From assembly GCA_963727625.1 (NCBI GenBank), contig CAVSHR010000008.1, forward strand, positions 1 through 64,000: a stretch of DNA of 64,000 nt, read 5' to 3'. The position numbers and the translations under genes were made by a program. The notes under the pieces were generated by a model, which ran no database searches, was not told where the DNA came from, and saw only the letters and a program-made list of their open reading frames with translations. The stretch comes from an uncultured delta proteobacterium (GTDB lineage Bacteria; Desulfobacterota; Binatia; UBA9968). Shown one piece after another: positions 9,506 through 21,417 of the stretch; position 1 is the stretch's first letter, and every line of letters starts with the position of its first letter.

Positions 9506-9558
9506 AAAATAGGCGCGCAGGGATTAAATTGCAAGTCAGCTAACCCCTATGTTACTTT
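9506..9558. promoter_or_regulatory. Putative divergent sigma-70 promoters sharing palindromic TTGCAA
   Basis: TTGCAA at 9529-9534. Minus strand: TTGCAA-17 nt-TATTTT. Plus strand: TTGCAA followed by TGnTACTTT. Confidence 0.35.
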
Positions 9559-9599
9559 CGTAAGAATTTACGGCATCGTTTTGTAACGGAGACTTACGC

Positions 9600-10526
9600 G
9601 TGTCGATCCGCATTGCCATCGCCCAAATTAACCCGAAGCTCGGCGACCTTCGGGCCAATCTCGACCTTTACGAGGAAAACCTCCAACGGGCGGCTACCGA
9701 GGCCGCGGACTTTTTGCTTTTGCCGGAATTGAGTCTTACCGGTTATTTTCTGCGCGACACGGTTCCAAGCGTGGCGCTGACCATGAAATCGGCAGAAATC
9801 ACCAAACTCAAAGCGCTCAGCCGTAAGTTGCCGTTTGTCGCCGGCTTCGTCGAAGAAAGTGCGGATCACCGATTTTTCAATTCGGCAGTCTATTTCGAAG
9901 GCGGCGAAGTTCGTCATATCCATCGCAAAGTCTATCTGCCGACCTATGGCATGTTCGACGAGCAGCGCTATTTTGCCCGCGGCGACCGCGTGCGTGCTTT
10001 TGACTCGAAGTTCGGCCGCTTGGTGCTGCTGATCTGCGAGGATCTCTGGCACCCGTCGACGATTTATCTGGCCGCCCTGGACGGCGCCCTTGCAGTCGTC
10101 TGCCCTTCGGCGAGTCCGCTGCGCGGCATCGTCGACGGTCAAAACCAGGACGACAACGCACGCTATTGGGAGATGATCAACCGGGCCTACGCGGAGACCT
10201 ACAGTCTGTTCATGATTTACGGCAACCGCTGCGGCTTCGAAGACGGCGTCGGTTTTTGGGGTGGCTCGGAGATCGTCGATCCGTTTGGCCAACGTATCGC
10301 CAAGGCCAAGTACTATGACGAGGATTTTGTCGTGGCGGAAATCTCGTTGGAATCGGTACGGCGCAAACGAACCATGTCCCCGCTGCTGCGCGACGAAGAC
10401 ATCGATCTGACGATCAATGAATTGATGCGCATCCGCGAGCGGCCGGCAGCACCGGCAAAAGTCGTCCAAAAGCTCAAAGCTTCAAAAGTTCAAAGGATCA
10501 AAGCACCGAAAAAAGTCAAGCGCTAG
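9600..10526 (+). CDS. Carbon-nitrogen hydrolase (nitrilase family), probable glutaminase subunit of NAD synthetase
   Basis: E-K-C triad motifs [22 protein letters not shown] and ICEDLW. Directly upstream of nadE. Confidence 0.88.
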   Translation: MSIRIAIAQINPKLGDLRANLDLYEENLQRAATEAADFLLLPELSLTGYFLRDTVPSVALTMKSAEITKLKALSRKLPFVAGFVEESADHRFFNSAVYFEGGEVRHIHRKVYLPTYGMFDEQRYFARGDRVRAFDSKFGRLVLLICEDLWHPSTIYLAALDGALAVVCPSASPLRGIVDGQNQDDNARYWEMINRAYAETYSLFMIYGNRCGFEDGVGFWGGSEIVDPFGQRIAKAKYYDEDFVVAEISLESVRRKRTMSPLLRDEDIDLTINELMRIRERPAAPAKVVQKLKASKVQRIKAPKKVKR

Positions 10527-10543
10527 CTTGCCCTTTGCGCGTC

Positions 10544-11365
10544 ATGATTCGAATTCCCACCAACACTGCATTGCTGCGTGAGATCCTCGTCGCGTTTATC
10601 GGTAACGAAGTGCGCAAAACCGGCCTGTCGCGCATCGTCGTTGGTCTATCCGGCGGCGTGGACTCGGCGCTCAGCGCGCTGCTGGCGGCCCAGGCACTTG
10701 GCCCCAAAAACGTGCTGGGTATCCTCATGCCCTACAAGAGCTCCAATACCGACAGCCAGGCCCACGCCGAAATGGTCGTGCAAAGAACCGGCATCGAATC
10801 GCTTTTGATCAGCATCACGGAGCAAATCGACGTCTATTTCGAACGTTTCCCCGACGCCGACCCGCGCCGGCGCGGCAACAAAATGGCGCGGGAGCGCATG
10901 ACGATTCTTTACGATCACTCGGCGCGTTGGAACGCGCTGGTGGTCGGTACCAGCAACAAGACTGAATTGCTGCTCGGCTATGGCACGCTGCATGGGGACA
11001 TGGCTTCGGCGATCAATCCGCTGGGCGATCTCTATAAAACTCAGGTGTGGGCGCTGGCGGAAGCGGTCGGCGTGCCTGCGATAATCGTCGGCAAGGAGCC
11101 GTCGGCGGATCTTTGGGTGGGCCAGACCGACGAAGGCGAGTTGGGTTTTACCTACCGCGAGGTCGATCAGCTGCTCTATCTAATGGTTGATCAGCGTTAC
11201 ACCAAGCCCGAGCTCATCGCCGCCGGTTTCCCCGAGCGGTTCGTCGACGACGTGGCGCAGCGGATTATGAATTCGCAATTCAAGCGGCGACTGCCGGTGA
11301 TCGCCAAAGTCTCACAACGGACCATCGACCGCGACTTCCGCTACTCGCGGGACTGGGGGAAGTGA
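10544..11365 (+). CDS. nadE: NAD+ synthetase
   Basis: [24 protein letters not shown] and PSADLW motifs. Confidence 0.95.
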   Translation: MIRIPTNTALLREILVAFIGNEVRKTGLSRIVVGLSGGVDSALSALLAAQALGPKNVLGILMPYKSSNTDSQAHAEMVVQRTGIESLLISITEQIDVYFERFPDADPRRRGNKMARERMTILYDHSARWNALVVGTSNKTELLLGYGTLHGDMASAINPLGDLYKTQVWALAEAVGVPAIIVGKEPSADLWVGQTDEGELGFTYREVDQLLYLMVDQRYTKPELIAAGFPERFVDDVAQRIMNSQFKRRLPVIAKVSQRTIDRDFRYSRDWGK

Positions 11366-11371
11366 AGCTAA

Positions 11372-11448
11372 AGGACTGAGTAACGAGGACTGAGGACTCA
11401 GGCAGAAAAAACTCGGCTCTCAGCACTCAGTCCTTAGCACTCGGTACT
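11372..11448. repeat. Inverted heptamer tandem repeats (imperfect hairpin)
   Basis: Left arm AGGACTG AGTAACG AGGACTG AGGACTC; right arm CTCGGCT CTCAGCA CTCAGTC CTTAGCA CTCGGTA. Confidence 0.65.
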
Positions 11449-11454
11449 GTCAGG

Positions 11455-12294
11455 ATGGCTGGAACCCTTTACATCGTCGCCACGCCTATCGGCAACCTCG
11501 AAGATATCACGCTGCGCGCGCTGCGGATTTTAAAAGAAGTTGATCTGATCGCCGCCGAAGACACCCGGCACACGCGCCACCTGCTCAGTCACTACGGCAT
11601 TACCACGCCGATCACGAGCTATCACGACCATAACGAGCGTACCAAAGCTCAAGCGCTGGTCGAACGGCTTGGGCGCGGCGAGCGCGTCGCCCTGGTTTCG
11701 GACGCCGGCACGCCGGCAATTTCCGATCCGGGCTATCGCCTGGTGGTCGCTGCGGTGGCTGCGGGAATTCCGGTCACGCCGATTCCCGGCCCGTCGGCGG
11801 TGGCCGCGGTCCTAAGCGCCAGCGGTCTGCCATCGGACCGCTTCGTCTTCGAAGGGTTCTTGCCCGGCGCCAAGCAAGAGCGGCGCAAGCGCTTGCTGGC
11901 GCTGCGCGACGAGCCGCGCACGCTGGTTTTCTATGAGGCGCCGCACAGGCTCACTGAATGTTTGCGCGATATTCTCGGAACTCTCGGCGCGCGCGAAATG
12001 GTGCTGGCGCGAGAAGTGACCAAACTGTATGAAGAGTTTCGCCGCGGGTCGGTTAACGAGCTCCTGGCCGGGCTCGACGTTGATGCGCTGCGCGGCGAAA
12101 TTACTCTTCTCGTCAAGGGATTTTCCGGCGACGTGACGATCACGGAACACCGATTGAAAGAGCAGATCCGCCGGCTAAAGAGCGAAGGCATGCATGTCAA
12201 AGCAATCGCCGAGGTCTTGGGCGAACGCTACGGTTACCCCAAGAAAGCGATCTATCGCCTGACCCTTGAGCTCGACGAGGACGCTAGCTTTTGA
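11455..12294 (+). CDS. rsmI: 16S rRNA (cytidine1402-2'-O)-methyltransferase
   Basis: GTLYIVATPIGNLEDIT, AAEDTR, VSDAGTPAISDPG and YEAPHR motifs. Confidence 0.96.
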   Translation: MAGTLYIVATPIGNLEDITLRALRILKEVDLIAAEDTRHTRHLLSHYGITTPITSYHDHNERTKAQALVERLGRGERVALVSDAGTPAISDPGYRLVVAAVAAGIPVTPIPGPSAVAAVLSASGLPSDRFVFEGFLPGAKQERRKRLLALRDEPRTLVFYEAPHRLTECLRDILGTLGAREMVLAREVTKLYEEFRRGSVNELLAGLDVDALRGEITLLVKGFSGDVTITEHRLKEQIRRLKSEGMHVKAIAEVLGERYGYPKKAIYRLTLELDEDASF

Positions 12295-13672
12295 GCTTAA
12301 ATTCTTCCAGTTTGCGGTACAGCGTGGTGCGGTCGACGCCGAGAATCTTTGCCGCTTCGCTCTTGTTGCCGTTGGTGGTTTCAAGCACTCGCTCGATGTA
12401 TTCCCGCTCCAGGTCGCGGAGGGTGAAGCTGCGTGCGACGGCTTCGGTTAGGGGCAATTTGCGTTGGTCGGCGGCGCGCAACTGAGCCGGCAAATCGTCC
12501 ACGCCGATGGTCGAGTTCTTGCCCAGCAAAACGGCCCGTTCGATGGTATGTTCCAGCTCGCGCACGTTGCCGGGCCACTGATGATGCAAAAGCAGCGCCA
12601 GCGCGTCCGTTTCGATGCCGTTCACTTTGTGCTGGGTTTTTGGGGCAAACTTTTTGATGAAATGGTCGACCAGGTGCGGTATGTCTTCGACCCGCTCACG
12701 CAGCGGCGGCAGATCGATGCGGATCACGTTGAGACGGTAATAAAGATCCTGGCGAAAGCGGCCGTCCTGAACCAGCTCTTCTAGAACCCGATTGCTCGCC
12801 GATACCAGGCGGACATCCACTTTTTCGCTCTTGTTGGCGCCCAGGGGCCGCACCTCGCGGTCTTCGATGACGCGCAGGAGCTTGGCTTGCAGCGTTACCG
12901 GAATCTCGCCTATTTCGTCGAGAAAGAGCATGCCGCCGTCGGCCTCTCGAAAGAGTCCGGGCCGATCTTTACGGGCGTCGGTGAAAGCGCCGCGGACGTA
13001 GCCGAACAGCTCGCTTTCGATCAGCGTGGCGGGAAGCGCGGCGCAATTGACGGCGACGAAGGGGCCCGACCCGCGCGTGCCGTTGGCGTGGAGCGCGCGC
13101 GCGACCATTTCCTTGCCGGTGCCGCTTTCACCGAGGATCAACACATTGGCCGCCAGATCGCGGATATGGGCGATAGTCTCAAAGAGCTTTTGCATGCTTG
13201 CGCTCCGCCCGATCATGTCGCTGAACTGGTAGCGCCGTTGCACCTCGGTGCGCAGCTGGTCGATTTCCTCACGCAGCTGGAGCTGCTCGAAAGCCCGTTG
13301 CACGTGGATCAGCAATTCGTCGGAGCGAAACGGTTTGGTGAGGTAATGAAACGCTCCGGCGTGCATGGCTTCGACCGCGCTTTCGATCGTGCCGAAGGCG
13401 GTGATCAGGAGAATCAGCGCATTGCTATCCGCGGCTTTGAGACGACGGACCAGCTCGGTGCCCTTCATCCGCGGCATCATAAGATCGGTGATGACCAGAT
13501 CAAACGAGCTTTTCTGATAGATCTCCAAGGCTGACGGCCCGTCGTTGGCGACTTTGACGTCGCAGCCTTCTTCGATCAGCAGCTCGCTCAGGAACCGCGA
13601 CATCTCGCGATCATCTTCGACGATCAAGATGCGCCGGTTACGCGCTGCAGCAGAATTTGCAGCTAGGTTCAT
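12284..13672 (-). CDS. Sigma-54-dependent response regulator (NtrC/AtoC family)
   Basis: Receiver domain (ILIVEDD, DLMMP), GESGTGKE, GAFTDA, WPGNVREL and a Fis-type HTH. Start chosen from the ATGA overlap with the kinase stop. Confidence 0.95.
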   Translation of the reverse strand: MNLAANSAAARNRRILIVEDDREMSRFLSELLIEEGCDVKVANDGPSALEIYQKSSFDLVITDLMMPRMKGTELVRRLKAADSNALILLITAFGTIESAVEAMHAGAFHYLTKPFRSDELLIHVQRAFEQLQLREEIDQLRTEVQRRYQFSDMIGRSASMQKLFETIAHIRDLAANVLILGESGTGKEMVARALHANGTRGSGPFVAVNCAALPATLIESELFGYVRGAFTDARKDRPGLFREADGGMLFLDEIGEIPVTLQAKLLRVIEDREVRPLGANKSEKVDVRLVSASNRVLEELVQDGRFRQDLYYRLNVIRIDLPPLRERVEDIPHLVDHFIKKFAPKTQHKVNGIETDALALLLHHQWPGNVRELEHTIERAVLLGKNSTIGVDDLPAQLRAADQRKLPLTEAVARSFTLRDLEREYIERVLETTNGNKSEAAKILGVDRTTLYRKLEEFKLKS

Positions 13673-15210
13673 GATGCGGCAACGGAGGATTCCAGCTTGG
13701 GCTGGGCCGCGGTGCCGGGTAAATCGATGACGAAGCGGCAAAACTTGCCGAACTCGCTTTCAACGCGAATGTCGCCGCCGTGATCTTTAATAATTCCGAA
13801 GACCACCGACAAGCCCAAGCCGCTCCCTTCGCCGATATCTTTTGTGGTGAAAAAAGGGTCGAAGATATGGCCGACATTTTCCGGGGCGATCCCGGCGCCA
13901 TTGTCTTCAAAGTAAATACGCACGCCTTGAACAACGCGTTTCAAAGCCAAGGTGCTTACACCGTTAACGAGGGGTTCGACGCGGATTTTGATCGAACCGC
14001 CGGGCTTCAGCGAGTAGATCGAGTTGGCATACAAATTAAGGAACACTTGTTGGAGCAGCTCGGCATCAGCGCGCAATGGCGGCAGCGATGGCGGGTGGGT
14101 AATTTCCACCTGAATTTTTTTATTCTCGATTTGATGCTCCAAAAGATCTTTGACTCTCGCCAGCAAGGTCGCGACGTCGACCTGGCGGAAAAATGGCTCC
14201 CGGCGTCGCGAGAAGTCGAGCAATTGCCTGACAATAGCCGCGATGCGCTCGCTTTGCGAGCGAATAATCTGCAAGTTATTTTTCATTTCGTCGGCGCTGC
14301 GCGGTCGCCGCACCAGGTGCTCGGCGCGCCCGGAGATGATGTTGAGTGGCGTACCGATCTCATGAGCCAGGCCCGCTGCTAATTGCCCCACAGACGCCAA
14401 ACGTTCAGAGCGGCGCAGCTCTTGCTCCAATTTGAGCTTTTCGCCTTGCTCGGCCATTAGGCGATCATAGCTGATTTGCAGTTCCTCGGACATTGAATTA
14501 AATTCTCGCGCCAAAGTAGCCACTTCGTCGTCGCCGCTAATGTCGATGCGTTGCTGCCAATGGCCGCGCCCAACCTCCCGAACGCGCTCGATCAGTCGAT
14601 TGATGGGCCGAGCAATGCTGCGCTGGACGATGATCCAGACCAGCAGGGATAGTCCCAACACCAAGGCCGCCGTGGTCGTGACAATGCGACTGCGCCTTTC
14701 GGCGATCGATGTCATCAAACCGGCGCCGTGGCGCGCCAAGACAAACGCGCCTACCGCTTGACCCTCGGAGGTATAGATCGGCTCAATGCGATAATAAATA
14801 AAGGCGCCTTTGTCGCGTAGGTATCCTTCCAGCTCTTGCTTGTCGCGCAGTACCGGTCGAGGGTCCAATGTCAAGATGGGCGCGGGGTCCAGCTCCGGAA
14901 AGTCGTCTGGAAAACCCAATGACGACGATATCGCCACCGGCCGCGCCGCCAAGTCATAAACGATCAATCCGTGAATGTTGCCCCGGGGCGCCACCACCCG
15001 GGCGAATTCCCGGGTCGCAGCCAGGTTTTGATTATCGGCATACAGATCCGTAAGTGCCGCACGCACCGCCCGGGCAAAGCCGCGCATGCCCGTGCGTATG
15101 CCTGTCATCACGTTCTCTTCATCCTGATGCACGCTCAGATAACCATGCACGGTCATCATAACTATAACTGTCAGGACGATGAGAAGAATGATCTTAGTTC
15201 CGAGCTTCAT
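13669..15210 (-). CDS. Membrane sensor histidine kinase (periplasmic domain, HAMP, HisKA, HATPase)
   Basis: Two TM segments, HAMP, LAHEIGTPL, and DNGAGI / FDPFFTTK / GSGLGL boxes. Confidence 0.95.
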   Translation of the reverse strand: MKLGTKIILLIVLTVIVMMTVHGYLSVHQDEENVMTGIRTGMRGFARAVRAALTDLYADNQNLAATREFARVVAPRGNIHGLIVYDLAARPVAISSSLGFPDDFPELDPAPILTLDPRPVLRDKQELEGYLRDKGAFIYYRIEPIYTSEGQAVGAFVLARHGAGLMTSIAERRSRIVTTTAALVLGLSLLVWIIVQRSIARPINRLIERVREVGRGHWQQRIDISGDDEVATLAREFNSMSEELQISYDRLMAEQGEKLKLEQELRRSERLASVGQLAAGLAHEIGTPLNIISGRAEHLVRRPRSADEMKNNLQIIRSQSERIAAIVRQLLDFSRRREPFFRQVDVATLLARVKDLLEHQIENKKIQVEITHPPSLPPLRADAELLQQVFLNLYANSIYSLKPGGSIKIRVEPLVNGVSTLALKRVVQGVRIYFEDNGAGIAPENVGHIFDPFFTTKDIGEGSGLGLSVVFGIIKDHGGDIRVESEFGKFCRFVIDLPGTAAQPKLESSVAAS

Positions 15211-15520
15211 GGAATACGCCGTAGCTAGTCAGCAATTTTCGCTCCGAGTTATCGAATGACTAAGAAAACTCGTCAAAGCCGCCTGCTTAGGTTTGTATCC
15301 AAAATTATTTCCAGAATGACGTTGCAACTTACCGCGCCCCTGTAGGAATTTGCCCGAGATAGAATTTATTCAAGCAATTCGGCGCCTTATCTCCTCGCTG
15401 CAAATGAATTGCGGTTTTTCTCTGTGGACATTTGCAACAGCGATTGTAAACCAAAATCGGCGACAATATCCAAGTCACTGTTTTTTATCGCTCTATCTTG
15501 TGACTTTGTTTAATTCCATT

Positions 15521-15537
15521 TTGGCATCCGGCTTGCT
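15521..15537 (+). promoter_or_regulatory. Sigma-54 (-24/-12) promoter
   Basis: TTGGCATCCGGCTTGCT matches TGGCAC-N5-TTGC spacing. Upstream TGT-N11-ACA (15423-15439) and a related copy at 15341-15357 are candidate enhancer sites. Confidence 0.8.
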
Positions 15538-15606
15538 CTATGACAAAGGCATCATCGGATTGGACAAAGAGAAAGAAATCTATCAGTGAGAGGAGGTGAA
15601 CCTAAC

Positions 15607-15747
15607 ATGAAAAAGCTGATGATTACCTTGGCGATGGTTTTTGCCTTCAACCTGGTCGGCTCGATCCTCAATCTGTCCGCGCCCCTTAGCTTTGCGCAGG
15701 AAGAGCCGGCTCCGGAGCCGCAGCCGGAAAAACCTGACAGCGAATAA
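15607..15747 (+). CDS. Small secreted peptide, 46 aa (signal peptide plus acidic Pro/Glu-rich tail)
   Basis: MKKLMITLAMVFAFNLVGSILNLSAPLSFA|QEEPAPEPQPEKPDSE. RBS AGGAGGTG at 15591-15598, sigma-54 promoter upstream and terminator downstream. Confidence 0.75.
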   Translation: MKKLMITLAMVFAFNLVGSILNLSAPLSFAQEEPAPEPQPEKPDSE

Positions 15748-15777
15748 AAATCGTTTTTGCAGCTTTTGGCGCTGCGC

Positions 15778-15818
15778 CACTGGTGAGAGGAAAGTCTTTC
15801 CTCTCACCAGTGTTTTTG
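15778..15818 (+). terminator. Rho-independent terminator
   Basis: Perfect 17-bp inverted repeat CACTGGTGAGAGGAAAG/CTTTCCTCTCACCAGTG followed by TTTTTG. Confidence 0.85.
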
Positions 15819-15841
15819 TGTCTGGCGTGCCGTTCTGCCAC

Positions 15842-16132
15842 TCATCGTTTTATAGTAAAGCCGCGAAAACTGCCTTGAGCCTGGTGCCACTCGGCGTTTA
15901 CGTTAGTTACCCGAGCGCCAGGGGGACCTTGCCAGCACCAGAAGATCAGTTTTTCAAGCCGCTCGCGTGGACCCTCTGCCACGGCCGCTACCGAACCATC
16001 GTCGCAGTTCATCACCCAGCCGGTCAAGCCGAGCGCTTGCGCCTGCTGTATGGTCGAGGCTCTAAAGTAGACGCCTTGAACCCGCCCGCGAATATGCATT
16101 CGCACCTGGGCCTTTTCCGCTAAGTCGTCCAT
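15842..16132 (-). CDS. acyP: Acylphosphatase
   Basis: RGRVQGVYFR, GWVMNCDDGSV and GPPGARV motifs. Start at MDDLAEK. Confidence 0.92.
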   Translation of the reverse strand: MDDLAEKAQVRMHIRGRVQGVYFRASTIQQAQALGLTGWVMNCDDGSVAAVAEGPRERLEKLIFWCWQGPPGARVTNVNAEWHQAQGSFRGFTIKR

Positions 16133-16213
16133 GATCGGCTTTCTCGGTTTATCTAGCTCAGTGGCGCCGGTCCGGCAAGCCGCATTGGCCGCTAGATCGG
16201 CGCCTGAAAAGAT

Positions 16214-16243
16214 TTGACAAGCGCGCTTAGACTTTTGTAGGCT
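16214..16243 (+). promoter_or_regulatory. Putative sigma-70 promoter with long leader for the RRM gene
   Basis: TTGACA at 16214-16219 and TAGGCT at 16238-16243. Confidence 0.45.
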
Positions 16244-16385
16244 GGCGCCGTTTCGAAAGGGTCCGGTTACCGAAGAGCGCGCCACAAGAGTGGTTCCCGT
16301 GAATGAGACCCGTTTGAGGCCCAGCGCTTTGGCTAAGTCGATCCCGGCAGTCTGAGCAATCGTCGATCCAAAAAGGAGGGCCAAG

Positions 16386-18772
<2,387 letters not shown>

Positions 18773-18850
18773 TTAGCATAGTTGTCGAACTGAATGAAGC
18801 TGACTGCGTCGCTTCGTTGACCCCCTATGGCCGTTATGTTAACCCTTCAA

Positions 18851-20599
18851 ATGATGAAAACGCGCTCATTTCGGGCGGCTATTTTTTTTCTGCTTCTCTC
18901 CGGGTGCGCCACGGCGGTACCCGAGCCAAAACTCCCTCCAGACAATTTGAGTTGGACGCCGGATGCGCCTTTTCGCAATCAGCCCAAGGTCGAAATTCCG
19001 GCCGAGGCCGCGGCTTTCAGCCATTTTTTAAAGGCGCAAATGCTGCTGGGCGAGGGCAACTTCGACGCCGCATTGAAAGAATTCGAAGGCGCTGCGCAAG
19101 CCAATCCGGACGACGCTTTTTTGCACTTTCGCCTGGCGTCGCTGTACCTGCGTAAAGGCGATTTAAAAAAAGCCTTGGTGGAAGCCGAGGCGGCGGCGCG
19201 GTTGGAGCCCAAAAGCGTCGACAACCACTTGCTTCTGGCCGGTCTCTACTCTTCGGTAGGCGACCACCCAAAGGGCATCGACGAATACAACGAGGTGCTT
19301 AAACTCGATCCCAAGAACCAAGAGGCTTTGCTTTACCTAGGTGCTCTCTATCTCCAAGTCAATGACATGGCGCGGGCGACGGAGAGGTTGGAGGAGCTGC
19401 TCAAGCTCGACCCCAACTCGGCCTTGGCCTACTACTATCTCGGTCGCGTGCGGGCCAAGAGTAAGCTCTATCTTGCCGCCGAGCAGAGTTATCGCAAGGC
19501 GCTGGAGCTGAATCCCAAGTCGGAAGCGATCTTGTTGGATCTTGCGCTGGTTTACGAGCTTGAAGGCAAGACCGAAGACGCGATTCAATCCTATCAGCGT
19601 CTGCTCCGGGTCAACGCGCAGAACGTTTGGGCGCGCCGGCGTTTGGGCGAACTCTACGTCGGCCAGAACAAGCTGGACGAGGCCCTGCGTCAATTTGAAA
19701 CCCTGCAAGGCTCCGAAGTCGATCCACGCGAGACCCGCATCAAGATCGGCTTGATCTCCTTCGAAAAGGGCGATTTCGAGCGCGCCGCAAACGAATTCAA
19801 TCTGGTTTTGGCCGGCGATCCGGACAACGATCGCGCGCGTTATTATCTCGGTGCGACCTACGTCGAGATGAAAACCGAAGATAAGGCGCTGGAGGCGTTT
19901 GAAAGAGTTTCGGAAAAAAGCGAGCTGTACGTCGACGCACGGATTCAAACCGCTAATCTCTACGACCGCAAAGGGCAAACCCAAAAGGCCATCGAGGCGC
20001 TCCAGCCCACGCTCAAGATGCGCAACGATCGCAAGGAAATCCACGCATTTTTAAGCTCGCTCTATCGCAAGGCCAAGGAATATCCCAAAGCGATCCAAGC
20101 GATGGAGCAGGTTGTGGCCTTGGACCCGAAAAGCGATGAAGCGTACTTTCAACTGGGCGCGCTCTATGATGAGAACAAGAACAAAGAGAAATCCGTCGCC
20201 AGCATGAAGAAGGCGATAGAGCTCAATCCAAAAAATGCCGCGGCGCTCAATTATCTGGGTTATACCTGGGCCGAGATGGGCGTGCGGCTTGACGAAGCGG
20301 AAAATTTGATCCTGCGGGCGCTCAAGGTCCAGCCCAACGACGGTTTTTATCTCGATAGTCTAGGTTGGGTCTATTATCAGAGGGGCGAATACCCCAACGC
20401 CGTTGAACAGCTCGAACGGGCGGTGGAGATCACCGTCGACGATCCGACCATCATCGAACATCTCGCCGACGCCTATGAAAAGGTCGGCAAGCCGGATCGA
20501 GCTCTGACCCGCTATCGAGAGGCGCTAAAGCACTCCAAGGAGGCCGACCAGATCAAACGCGTTCGCGATAAAATGCAGCGCCTGGAGAAAAAGATTTGA
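18851..20599 (+). CDS. TPR-repeat lipoprotein
   Basis: Lipobox LSGC, many TPRs, and C-terminal ALNYLGYT..DSLGWVYY motifs. Start could be 18827. Confidence 0.88.
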   Translation: MMKTRSFRAAIFFLLLSGCATAVPEPKLPPDNLSWTPDAPFRNQPKVEIPAEAAAFSHFLKAQMLLGEGNFDAALKEFEGAAQANPDDAFLHFRLASLYLRKGDLKKALVEAEAAARLEPKSVDNHLLLAGLYSSVGDHPKGIDEYNEVLKLDPKNQEALLYLGALYLQVNDMARATERLEELLKLDPNSALAYYYLGRVRAKSKLYLAAEQSYRKALELNPKSEAILLDLALVYELEGKTEDAIQSYQRLLRVNAQNVWARRRLGELYVGQNKLDEALRQFETLQGSEVDPRETRIKIGLISFEKGDFERAANEFNLVLAGDPDNDRARYYLGATYVEMKTEDKALEAFERVSEKSELYVDARIQTANLYDRKGQTQKAIEALQPTLKMRNDRKEIHAFLSSLYRKAKEYPKAIQAMEQVVALDPKSDEAYFQLGALYDENKNKEKSVASMKKAIELNPKNAAALNYLGYTWAEMGVRLDEAENLILRALKVQPNDGFYLDSLGWVYYQRGEYPNAVEQLERAVEITVDDPTIIEHLADAYEKVGKPDRALTRYREALKHSKEADQIKRVRDKMQRLEKKI

Positions 20600-21414
20600 T
20601 CCTTTGGCTTTCCCGGCGCGCCAATTTTACCAGGTATCGGCGGTCGACTCTTAGCGTTCTTGGAATCCTGGCACTTGGACTCGGCGGTTGTGCCACAGTG
20701 CCGCCGCCGACTCCCAAGCCGCCGCCAGTGTGGCAATCTGGACAACTGATCGAGTCGATCACCGAACGCGCTAAGCAGTTTCGCTCAGTGCGCGCGCTAG
20801 CCCGGGTTGACTACAACGGACCGGAAGGCAAACACGGCTTTCAAGAGGTAGTTATAGTCCAGCGGCCGAACCAGTTGCGCTTGGAGACTCTTTCCATTCT
20901 AGGCGCGATCCTGATTTTCACGGCCAACTCCAGGGAAATCATCGGCTTTCATCCGCGCGAGGGCGTGTTCGCGCGCGGCGATCGCACGAAAGAAAATTTG
21001 CAACGCTACACACAGATTTCCCTTGATCTGGAAGAAGTGACAAAGCTGCTTTTGGGCTTACCCCCAGTGGAACTGTCATCCGCGTCGAAGCAGGATGGTA
21101 ACGCGCTGATATTTTCGCGGAACGGAAGCAAACGAGACACGGTGGCATTCGAGTCGCAACAGCCCGTTCCGACCCGATGGGAACGCTTCAACGGCGACGG
21201 CAAAGTCGAATTGAGCGCCACCTTCGGCGATTACATTTCGACTCCCGCCGGCCTGTTCCCGTCAAAAATTCGATTCGAGGCCCATCCGCAAAAAACGAAG
21301 ATCGAGATTAGCTACGAGAAACCGGAGCTCAACGCCGCACTCCCGGCCGATCTTTTCTCCCAGCAGAAACCGGCCCACGCCCAGGAAGTGCCCATCGAAG
21401 CGCTCGGCGGTTAA
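20596..21414 (+). CDS. LolB/DUF4292-like lipoprotein
   Basis: Lipobox LGGC, RPNQLRLE and a beta-rich pattern. Follows the TPR lipoprotein. Confidence 0.6.
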   Translation: MILWLSRRANFTRYRRSTLSVLGILALGLGGCATVPPPTPKPPPVWQSGQLIESITERAKQFRSVRALARVDYNGPEGKHGFQEVVIVQRPNQLRLETLSILGAILIFTANSREIIGFHPREGVFARGDRTKENLQRYTQISLDLEEVTKLLLGLPPVELSSASKQDGNALIFSRNGSKRDTVAFESQQPVPTRWERFNGDGKVELSATFGDYISTPAGLFPSKIRFEAHPQKTKIEISYEKPELNAALPADLFSQQKPAHAQEVPIEALGG

Positions 21415-21417
21415 ACG

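Noticed and set aside
11372-11448. Short repeats as a CRISPR array
   Set aside because: The units are 7 nt with no spacers, and there are no cas genes in the window.
16245-16380. Possible tRNA or riboswitch upstream of the RRM gene
   Set aside because: No cloverleaf or recognisable aptamer; treated as a long 5' UTR.
15842-16384. 180-aa long form of acylphosphatase
   Set aside because: The extension covers the promoter and leader of the RRM gene. The family domain starts at 16132.
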